This document shows positions 33,007-40,217 of a stretch of DNA of 40,217 bases, one piece after another; position 1 is the first letter of the stretch, and each line of letters opens with the position of its first letter. A model generated the notes under the pieces. That model did not search any database, had not been told where the DNA came from, and saw only the letters and a program-made list of their open reading frames with translations. A program made the translations under genes and the position numbers. The DNA is from a bacterium (GTDB lineage: Bacteria > Patescibacteriota > Doudnabacteria > UBA920), in NCBI GenBank assembly GCA_021847435.1, contig JAJZRC010000004.1, positions 1-40,217 of the forward strand, in the 5' to 3' direction.

Positions 33007-36000
33007 ATGGAAAATATATTTAAACTAAATGTCCAAGGCATGCATTGTGAATCTTGCGAAATCTTGATCAAAAGCGAGCTGAAGGAAATGCCCGGAATTA
33101 CAGAGGTTCGGATTTCCGCAAAAAACGGGCAAGGTTCGGTAAAAACAAATTTAAATTCAGTTACCGCATCTGATATACAGCAGGCTATCAAACGGGCTGG
33201 GTACGAAAGCGTCGTAACAGAAGATCATTCAATGCACGCGGGGAATAAGCAAATGGCAGAAGTGATGGACGGCGGGCAAAAAGCCGGGGTGCCTTTTTCA
33301 ATGAAACTGGAAAATAGAATTGAGGCCCAAGGCCGGGTATTGGAAAACTCGGAAAACGAGCCTTATTTTGAAGGCAAGCTCTCCAATTACAAGAATGCCG
33401 AAATTAATGTGCCGCCCGGTCAAGAGGCAACAAAAAATTATCTGGAACAATTGGTTAAAAGCGCCAACCTTTTTAGGGTTTTTGATCGTTTTGGCGGGGC
33501 GCAGGAAGAAGCTGTTTTGGCTAATTCCGGTTTGAACCGGCATCCGGCTAAAACCGCGGTTATGCCGGGAACCGGCAGCGGCGAGAACCGCAAAATAAAT
33601 TTGTCGCTTTCCGGCATGCATTGCGCCTCCTGCGCCGGGATTATTGAAAGATCTTTGCGGAAAGTGCCTGGCGTCATTCAGGCCAATGTAAATTTTGCCG
33701 CGGAAAAAGCCCAAGTTACTTTTGGCTCCGCGGCAAAAACCGGAGATTTAATTGATGCTGTAAAAAAAGCCGGATACGAAGCCGTTGAAATCGATGTCAA
33801 AGACACCGGGTTTGATGCCAGAAAAAGGCAGGCAGAGATTAGTTCGTATTCCAAAAAGCTTGTATTTAGCGTCATTTTAAGCCTGCCGATGCTATACTTC
33901 ATGTTTTTTGATTTTTTTGCCAGGGTTCCTGGCAAGGCATGGCTTTTGCCTTACGTCGGGATAGCGTCTTTAGTACTCGCTACTCCCGTTCAATTTATTA
34001 TCGGCAAGGGTTTCTATAAGGGCATGTGGTCATCGCTGCGCATGAAGACTTTTAACATGGATAGCCTTATTGCCATTGGCACTTCCACGGCTTATTTTTA
34101 CAGCCTCATAACTTTAATGCTCTATGCGATTGCCAATAAAAGCATCATCGGGTTAAATGGCGGAAAAATTCAAAACCTGTATTTTGAAACCGCCGCTTTT
34201 CTGATTACCTTTGTAATTTTAGGCAAATGGCTTGAAGTAAGGACAAAGGGAAAAACTTCGGACTCAATTAAAAAATTAATGGGGTTGCAGGCCAAAACAG
34301 CCCGAGTTATCCGCAACAGTGCCACTCAGGATATCCCAGTTGACCAAGTTGCGCTAAAAGATATTGTTATTGTGCGCCCGGGTGAAAAAATTCCGATTGA
34401 CGGCCGGATAACAAAAGGATCTTCCGCGGTGGATGAATCAATGCTGACCGGAGAAAGTCTGCCAGTTGAAAAGAAGGCCGGGGACAGCGTCGCCGGCGGG
34501 ACAATCAATAAAACCGGCAGCTTCGAATTTGAAGTAACCAAAATCGGGAATGATACCGTACTCTCCCAAATTATCAGGTTGGTTGAAGAAGCCCAGGGAT
34601 CCAAAGCGCCCATTCAAGATTTTGCGGACAAAGTCTCTTCCTGGTTTGTGCCGGCTGTTATTGGCATTGCGGTTGCCACGTTTCTGATTTGGTATTTTCT
34701 CCTGGGGGCAACCCTGGCTTTTGCCTTAATGGCCTTTACTTCCGTAATTGTAATTGCCTGCCCGTGCGCGCTGGGTCTTGCTACGCCGACTGCCATTATG
34801 GTCGGGACCGGCAAAGGCGCGGAAAACGGGATTTTAGTCAAAGGTGGGGAGCCTTTGGAGGCTGCTTGCAAGCTTGATGCTATCGTGTTTGATAAAACCG
34901 GGACTTTGACATACGGCAAGCCGGAAGTAACGGATGTGCTTGCTTTAACAGGCAAAGACGAAGAGGAAGTCCTGCAGATTGCCGCCAGTCTGGAAAAACT
35001 TTCAGAACACCCCCTTGCCGAGGCCATTTACAGCCATGCCCAGGATGAAGGCGTGAGTTTGTTGGAAGCTTCAAACTTTAAGGCAATCCCGGGGCACGGA
35101 GTGCAAGGCGAGATAGCCGGAACAACCTATTATTTCGGCAACCGAAAAATGATTTCAGATGTTGCGGGGGCGGCGGTGGAGAAGATTGGCAGAAAACAAG
35201 CTAAATTGGAAGAAGCTGGCAAGACAACAATGCTCTTGGCTACCAAAGAGGGCCTGGCCGGGTTGGTTGCGGTGGCGGATACGGTAAAATCGACCACGAA
35301 AACCGCAATCGAAAAACTTCAAAAAATGAAAATAGAAGTTTATATGATTACCGGTGACAATGAGCGTACCGCCCGGGCGATTGCTTCCCAGGTGGGGATC
35401 ACAAACGTGCTGGCGGAAGTGTTGCCGGAAGACAAGGCTAATGAAGTCAAAAAGCTCCAGGCGGAAAACAAGAAAGTGGCCATGGTCGGGGACGGGATTA
35501 ATGACGCTCCTGCTTTGGCCCAGGCGGATTTAGGCATTGCAATGGGCAGCGGAACAGACGTGGCCATGGAAACCGGCGGGGTAATAATTATGAAAAATGA
35601 TTTAAATGACGTGGCAAATGCCATTCAGCTCTCCAGGGAAACCATGGCTAAAATTAAACAGAATATGTTTTTTGCTTTGTTTTATAATGTAATTGGCATT
35701 CCTATTGCTGCCCGCGTTTTCGCGTCTTTCGGTCTTGTGTTGAAACCGGAACTGGCCGGTTTGGCTATGGCTTTAAGCTCCGTGTCAGTAGTTACCAATT
35801 CTTTAACCTTAAGATTCTTTAAGCCCGGTAAAAGAAATTGGGTTTCTTTATTGGCCCCCGCGCTGATGGTTTTGGTGTTTGGGTTTGCTTTCTTTGAATT
35901 CGCCAAATTCAGCAGCCGCATGGCCGAACCGGCGTCCGCGATGGCCGTTCAAGCCGCAAGTCCGGAAATTGCCGGCAAAGCGCGGCGGTTAGTTTCCGCT

Positions 36001-36369
36001 TCGCCGATAATAATCAACTTCGCGGCAGCCGGCCCGAAATTTTTTGTAATCAGCCCAGGCGATTTTATAGATCTGCCCATTCAGGCCGGGCAAAATCGCT
36101 TGGGGAAGGACGGGATGATTATTGGCGCGAGCGAGGCTGAAATGATGATCCGGGAAAAACTGTTTGAAAAACCGGGCGACAGTTTGTCTGATTTTTTCGG
36201 CGTCCCCAATATGAAAATAGTCGGCATATTAAAATCTACGGGAACCTTCCTGGACAATACCCATATTATTAAAGGCGAAACTCAAGTCGCGTCTGCGGCG
36301 GAAGGTTTCGCCAAAATGAACGGCGCAGAATTGAAATTATTAGGACTTACGCTTTTGAGCCAAGTTTGA
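33007..36369 (+). CDS. copA: Cu(I)-translocating P1B-ATPase with a C-terminal extension, 3'-truncated by MITE A5
   Basis: Two HMA domains (GMHCESC, GMHCASC), TGES, CPC, DKTGT, SEHP, GDGIND, YN and MALSS. The last ~9 codons derive from the MITE. Confidence 0.93.
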   Translation: MENIFKLNVQGMHCESCEILIKSELKEMPGITEVRISAKNGQGSVKTNLNSVTASDIQQAIKRAGYESVVTEDHSMHAGNKQMAEVMDGGQKAGVPFSMKLENRIEAQGRVLENSENEPYFEGKLSNYKNAEINVPPGQEATKNYLEQLVKSANLFRVFDRFGGAQEEAVLANSGLNRHPAKTAVMPGTGSGENRKINLSLSGMHCASCAGIIERSLRKVPGVIQANVNFAAEKAQVTFGSAAKTGDLIDAVKKAGYEAVEIDVKDTGFDARKRQAEISSYSKKLVFSVILSLPMLYFMFFDFFARVPGKAWLLPYVGIASLVLATPVQFIIGKGFYKGMWSSLRMKTFNMDSLIAIGTSTAYFYSLITLMLYAIANKSIIGLNGGKIQNLYFETAAFLITFVILGKWLEVRTKGKTSDSIKKLMGLQAKTARVIRNSATQDIPVDQVALKDIVIVRPGEKIPIDGRITKGSSAVDESMLTGESLPVEKKAGDSVAGGTINKTGSFEFEVTKIGNDTVLSQIIRLVEEAQGSKAPIQDFADKVSSWFVPAVIGIAVATFLIWYFLLGATLAFALMAFTSVIVIACPCALGLATPTAIMVGTGKGAENGILVKGGEPLEAACKLDAIVFDKTGTLTYGKPEVTDVLALTGKDEEEVLQIAASLEKLSEHPLAEAIYSHAQDEGVSLLEASNFKAIPGHGVQGEIAGTTYYFGNRKMISDVAGAAVEKIGRKQAKLEEAGKTTMLLATKEGLAGLVAVADTVKSTTKTAIEKLQKMKIEVYMITGDNERTARAIASQVGITNVLAEVLPEDKANEVKKLQAENKKVAMVGDGINDAPALAQADLGIAMGSGTDVAMETGGVIIMKNDLNDVANAIQLSRETMAKIKQNMFFALFYNVIGIPIAARVFASFGLVLKPELAGLAMALSSVSVVTNSLTLRFFKPGKRNWVSLLAPALMVLVFGFAFFEFAKFSSRMAEPASAMAVQAASPEIAGKARRLVSASPIIINFAAAGPKFFVISPGDFIDLPIQAGQNRLGKDGMIIGASEAEMMIREKLFEKPGDSLSDFFGVPNMKIVGILKSTGTFLDNTHIIKGETQVASAAEGFAKMNGAELKLLGLTLLSQV

Positions 36370-36504
36370 GGCATTTTCCGAGGATTTTTGGAGGCGTAGC
36401 CAGGCTACGCCAATAAAAACCGCAGGAAAATAACGAAAAAATTGGCCAAAGCCGCTTGCTGACCCGGCTTTGCCGGGTCTAAAGCGGCAAGAGCGTAAGT
36501 CCTA
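36341..36504 (-). mobile_element. MITE family A, copy A5 (164 bp), inserted in copA
   Basis: TIRs; ATTAT duplicated at 36336-36340 and 36505-36509; removal restores the frame. Confidence 0.93.
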
Positions 36505-36509
36505 ATTAT

Positions 36510-36778
36510 TCTATGTTATTTCTGCAAACAATATTCCCCAGGTGTTTGCTGGCAATGTCGGGAAAGACAGCTTGTTGCCGGTTGTGCTGGGTTCCAAGAA
36601 GCTTTCTCCTGTATTTGTCGGGGAAAGCGAGGCCGAGGCGATGCGGAAGGAAAAACTGTTCGTAAAAGAAGGAGATACGCTGTCCGGATTCTTTGGCAAT
36701 GATGCGATTATTTCTTCTATTTTGCCGAAAACCAAAACCGAGTTGGACAATTTTCATTTTGTAACGCAGGATTTTATT
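36510..36778 (+). pseudogene. Severed 3' part of copA (second copy of the C-terminal domain)
   Basis: In frame with copA after removing A5 plus one ATTAT; GESEAEAMRKEKLF..GDTLSGFFG repeats [23 protein letters not shown]. Confidence 0.85.
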
Positions 36779-36945
36779 AGCGGCGTAGAGCGAGTAAAAG
36801 AGTCCTTAAGGACTCTTTTACGAGCCTGAGCCTGCCTGCCAGGCAGGGAGCTGATACAGGTTCGAATATCTCGCAGCTCTGCTGCGAAATGCAGTCAACT
36901 CCTTGGGTTCAATGCCTCGGAGTTCTACCCCGAGGCGCCTTTATT
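36773..36945. mobile_element. Family B hairpin element, copy B4 (diverged right half)
   Basis: TTTATT at 36773-36778 and 36940-36945; left half is essentially identical to B1. Confidence 0.8.
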
Positions 36946-37079
36946 CGGGAAAATTATGGAAATTAAAAAAACTTTGATATAATAAATATCCAAGAACATA
37001 AGAAATTAAAAATGGAAATGCCTCGCTCATTGCCGTTTAACAAGCCCGACCAATGGAAGAGCCTGAGAATGGATAATTA

Positions 37080-37273
37080 TAGGACTTACGCATTTGGCCA
37101 AGTTCGAGGCATTCTGCGAGCCTGCCTGCCGGCAGGCAGGGATGTTTCGAGCCGTGGTGAAACTACGGCGAGAAAGACCGCAGTAAAATAACGAAGAAAT
37201 AGGCCAAACTTAAGCGCAGCTGCCCTAAAATTCGGGCTTTGCCCGATTTTGGACAGCAAGTGCGTAAGTCCTA
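37080..37273 (-). mobile_element. MITE family A, diverged copy A6 (194 bp)
   Basis: Perfect 13-bp TIRs; AATTA duplicated at 37075-37079 and 37274-37278; 20-bp palindrome at 37121-37140. Confidence 0.9.
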
Positions 37274-37289
37274 AATTAATCAGAAAAAT

Positions 37290-37772
37290 ATGAAAATAAC
37301 AAACAAAGGTTTAGGGAGCGTGCTTTTGTCGGCATTGTTTTTTCTGTCGGCTGGCAGTGCGTTAGCCGCGACCCTCCAGCCAGGTTATGGCATGATGGGT
37401 ACGGCCACAATTTCAAATGGTAATGCGGTATACCAAACCCAGTCCGCCAGCGGACAAAAAATTCAGGGTTACATGTACAAATTGCAGCAGGGGCAGTTAA
37501 CGGCTGAAGAGCAAAAGGATATGTATGGCTTTATGGCTGCGCCCGCCGGCGTTTCCGGTTCGTTTGCGTTCCCTCCCATGATGGGTTATGCGGCAGCATC
37601 TTCAGCGGGCCAAGGCCAATTTTTTTACCGCTCCGGCTCTATGATGTCCGGCTGGGGAAATAAGGGCGCCTGGTATGCGCTGATGCATATTTTAACCGTA
37701 GTTTTAGTTTGGACAGCGCTGCTGTTGTGCATTGCAGCGCTGTTTAAATACATAAAACACAAACAACATTAA
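37290..37772 (+). CDS. Exported Met/Gly-rich protein with a C-terminal TM anchor
   Basis: Signal peptide (ALA-A), GMMG/PMMG/SMMSG motifs and a C-terminal TM helix, within the copper cluster. Confidence 0.75.
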   Translation: MKITNKGLGSVLLSALFFLSAGSALAATLQPGYGMMGTATISNGNAVYQTQSASGQKIQGYMYKLQQGQLTAEEQKDMYGFMAAPAGVSGSFAFPPMMGYAAASSAGQGQFFYRSGSMMSGWGNKGAWYALMHILTVVLVWTALLLCIAALFKYIKHKQH

Positions 37773-37783
37773 AACCAGTTTGC

Positions 37784-38818
37784 ATGCAAAATGCTTCGTT
37801 TGTCGCCATATTTTTAACCGGATTATTGACCGGCGGACTGACTTGCCTGGCCGTTCAGGGAGGGCTGCTTGCCGCCACCATTGCCCAGCGCGAGGAAGAG
37901 CGTTTAAAGCAGCAGGCCGGCCGCAGCGGGGCGGCTTTGCCGATTGTATGGTTTTTGGCGGCGAAGCTTGCGGCATATATTTTGTTGGGCGTGCTGTTGG
38001 GATGGTTTGGGTCCCTGTTTGATTTGTCCTTGGGCGTGAAATTGGCCATGCAGTTTGCGGTCGTGATTTTTATGATTGGCACAGCCGGCGCGCTTTTGGA
38101 CTTGCATCCTTTTTTCCGCTATTTTGTCATCCAACCCCCAAAGTTTTTAATGCGCATGGTCCGGAATAAGTCCAAGAGCCGGGATGCGTTTGCGCCGGCC
38201 ATTTTGGGCGCGTTTACCGTTTTTATTCCTTGCGGTACCACCCAGGCCATGATGGCTCTGGCCATTGCCAGCGGCAGCCCTTTTCGGGGAGCTGGAATAA
38301 TGTTCTCTTTTGTGCTAGGCACCACCCCGCTGTTTTTCCTGTTAGGCTATTTTGCCGCGCGCCTGGGAGATGCCCGGAGCAGGAAATTTCTTCGCGTTGC
38401 AGCCCTGGCTGTGGCAGTGCTGGCTTTGTTCAACCTTAACAATGCTTTGGCTTTAACGGGCAAGCCTATAACTTTCGGCCAGCTGGCCAAGTCCGCTGCG
38501 TGCATGGTGGCGTACTGCGGTCCTGATGAAGGAACCGCGGCACCGGCCGCAGGTGTTCGGGCCGAAATCACAATCGGGACATACGGTTACTCGCCTAACA
38601 GCATCAGTCTAAAAAAAGACAGCGACGTGACAATAAAATTGTTTAATAAAGACGGCACAAGCTGCGCCCAGGCTTTTACTATCCCGTCCTTGCGGATACA
38701 GAAGCTGGTACCCGTAGGGCAAACCGAGGAAATAACTTTCCATACCCCCTCCGAACCGACCCGGATTGCATTCATGTGCAGCATGGGCATGTATAGGGGA
38801 ATAATTAACGTAAATTAA
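37784..38818 (+). CDS. DsbD_2/TauE-like membrane domain + cupredoxin-like domain protein
   Basis: GGLTCLAVQGGLL, FIPCGTTQ and FMCSMGMY. Confidence 0.87.
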   Translation: MQNASFVAIFLTGLLTGGLTCLAVQGGLLAATIAQREEERLKQQAGRSGAALPIVWFLAAKLAAYILLGVLLGWFGSLFDLSLGVKLAMQFAVVIFMIGTAGALLDLHPFFRYFVIQPPKFLMRMVRNKSKSRDAFAPAILGAFTVFIPCGTTQAMMALAIASGSPFRGAGIMFSFVLGTTPLFFLLGYFAARLGDARSRKFLRVAALAVAVLALFNLNNALALTGKPITFGQLAKSAACMVAYCGPDEGTAAPAAGVRAEITIGTYGYSPNSISLKKDSDVTIKLFNKDGTSCAQAFTIPSLRIQKLVPVGQTEEITFHTPSEPTRIAFMCSMGMYRGIINVN

Positions 38819-38830
38819 TTTTTTAACCGC

Positions 38831-39043
38831 ATGTCGGAAACCATTCAGTTAAAAATTTCGGGTTTGCACTGCACTTCCTGCGCCATGAACATTGACGGTG
38901 ATTTGGAAGACGCCGAAGGCGTGTTTTCGGCGCAAACCAGCTACGCCAAGTCCCAAACTTTGGTGGAGTACGATCCGCAAAAAATTTCGCAGGAAAAAAT
39001 ACGGGAAATAATCAAGAAAGCGGGTTACGAAGCCGAAAATTAA
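38831..39043 (+). CDS. CopZ-like copper chaperone
   Basis: GLHCTSC and IKKAGY; 70 aa. Confidence 0.88.
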   Translation: MSETIQLKISGLHCTSCAMNIDGDLEDAEGVFSAQTSYAKSQTLVEYDPQKISQEKIREIIKKAGYEAEN

Positions 39044-39056
39044 AGAAGGGGTTTTT

Positions 39057-39085
39057 ACCCCTGTATACGCAGGGGTTTTTATTTT
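39057..39085 (+). terminator. Terminator of the copper cluster
   Basis: ACCCCTG-TATACG-CAGGGGT followed by TTTTATTTT. Confidence 0.7.
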
Positions 39086-39140
39086 GGCCTGGACAAAAAT
39101 ATAGACTTGTCGCATAATCCGCTCAGATAGGCAAGGAGGT

Positions 39141-39695
39141 TTGATGGGAAAGAGGAATTTTTGTCTTACCCCGCCGCCGGTTCGCCCCAAAAAGGCAGCG
39201 GCCAAGCGGAAACCTTCCGGCAAACCATGCTACGGCGTGTCCTTTAAGGGCAAGCCGTTTGGCATAACCTACACGCACCAGGGCGAAAACAGGGCCGTTT
39301 CCAACGTCCTGTACCGAAACCGCATGCTGTTTGAAAAACAGGGCCTGGCCTTGTCCGAGGCTAAAAAGCAGATGGCTGCCGTCCGGCTCAATAACCCCGA
39401 CGAATGGAAAGGCAAACTCAAGCCGGCTAAGCCGAAGTTGCTCTGGCAGCCGCTGAGAAACGGCCGCCCCATTGCAGACAGACCCGCTACCCGCGCGGTT
39501 TCCGCTGCCCAGGCTGCGGACAATGCCTGGTTCGCAATGTGCAGGCCGGATCTGCGCGAGGCCACGGAGGAGGACAAGAGGATATACCGCGAGGAGATGG
39601 CCGCGCGTCCGGTATTCGGCCAGGAGCGCCAGCGCCGCCATGGGGCATTGCGCAAACTCAGTCATGTTCAGCAGTCCAGCCTCTTTCCGCACTGA
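39141..39695 (+). CDS. Hypothetical basic protein
   Basis: AAGGAGG upstream of ATG 39144 and a strong terminator immediately downstream; no recognisable family. Confidence 0.55.
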   Translation: MMGKRNFCLTPPPVRPKKAAAKRKPSGKPCYGVSFKGKPFGITYTHQGENRAVSNVLYRNRMLFEKQGLALSEAKKQMAAVRLNNPDEWKGKLKPAKPKLLWQPLRNGRPIADRPATRAVSAAQAADNAWFAMCRPDLREATEEDKRIYREEMAARPVFGQERQRRHGALRKLSHVQQSSLFPH

Positions 39696-39701
39696 TTGCG
39701 G

Positions 39702-39741
39702 GGGCCGCGAATTTCCATGATCGGAAATTCGCGGCCCTTTT
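39702..39741 (+). terminator. Intrinsic terminator
   Basis: 15-bp perfect stem GGGCCGCGAATTTCC/GGAAATTCGCGGCCC followed by TTTT. Confidence 0.75.
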
Positions 39742-39790
39742 GCTTTTTATCGCGCCGCATTTGGGTTATAATTATATCAAGGAGCAATTA

Positions 39791-40087
39791 ATGGCAATAA
39801 TATCAAGTTCAATAATCTATCAGCTTGCTGTTATACTTGGCCTGATCAATCTGGCAACTTTTATGATGGTTGGCTGGGATAAGCGCAGAAGCCTTAAGCA
39901 GGCAGATCGCCTGCCCGAAGCCTTGTTGTTTTTTGCCGCAACAGCTTTCGGGTCTTTGGGAGTTTTTTTGGGCATGTTTGCGTTCCGCCACAAGACCCGC
40001 AAAATTTATTTTCCTTTGGGGATAGGCCTGTTGCTCGGCCAGCAGGCTTGGCTGCTTTACCTGTCTTATTCAAATATAAAATTTTAA
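39791..40087 (+). CDS. DUF1294-family membrane protein
   Basis: INL.TF...GWDK, R.PE..L, G.FLGM..FRHKTRK; AGGAG SD before ATG 39791. Confidence 0.85.
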   Translation: MAIISSSIIYQLAVILGLINLATFMMVGWDKRRSLKQADRLPEALLFFAATAFGSLGVFLGMFAFRHKTRKIYFPLGIGLLLGQQAWLLYLSYSNIKF

Positions 40088-40090
40088 TAC

Positions 40091-40217
40091 TAGGACTTAC
40101 GCTCTTGCCGCTTTAGACCCGGCAAAGCCGGGTCAGCAAGCGGCTTTGGCCAATTTTTTCGTTATTTTCCTGCGGTTTTTATCGGCGTAGCCTGGCTACG
40201 CCTCCAAAAATCCTCGG
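40091..40217 (+). mobile_element. MITE family A, copy A7, truncated by the window end
   Basis: Starts TAGGACTTACGCT; matches the reverse complement of A5 with one difference over 127 nt. Confidence 0.9.

Noticed and set aside
36542-36829. Independent 95-aa gene
   Set aside because: It is the severed copA tail, and its last 16 residues derive from element B4.
39539-39790. N-terminal extension of the DUF1294 ORF
   Set aside because: It overlaps the upstream gene and crosses a terminator; the SD and a TATAAT support ATG 39791.

Overview
Gene-dense bacterial chromosomal segment, most consistent with a Patescibacteria/CPR genome (inference from the pilB-pilC-pilMNO cluster, TrmB-like regulator, rare Shine-Dalgarno motifs and short gnd). 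Content from left to right: end of a surface-polysaccharide locus carrying an inserted DUF6922/AbiEii-type pair; type IV pilus assembly genes; tRNA-Arg(UCG) and tRNA-Lys(CUU) bracketing a small accessory region; holA, typA, an AI-2E transporter and a P2-type ATPase; a zwf/gnd cluster; a bacillithiol-type operon with a half-length BshC-like protein; and a divergent CsoR-controlled copper-resistance region. The most striking unexplained layer is non-coding and has no transposase in the window. It has three tiers: (A) seven MITEs with TAGGACTTACGC terminal inverted repeats, where all six complete copies have a different perfect 5-bp target duplication; (B) four ~174-bp hairpin-rich elements always bounded by TTTATT; and (C) 19-30-nt CC...GG micro-palindromes that are precisely present or absent inside tier A. 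An A element sits in the end of a B element, and one A plus one B interrupt the 3' end of copA; removing them restores the reading frame.
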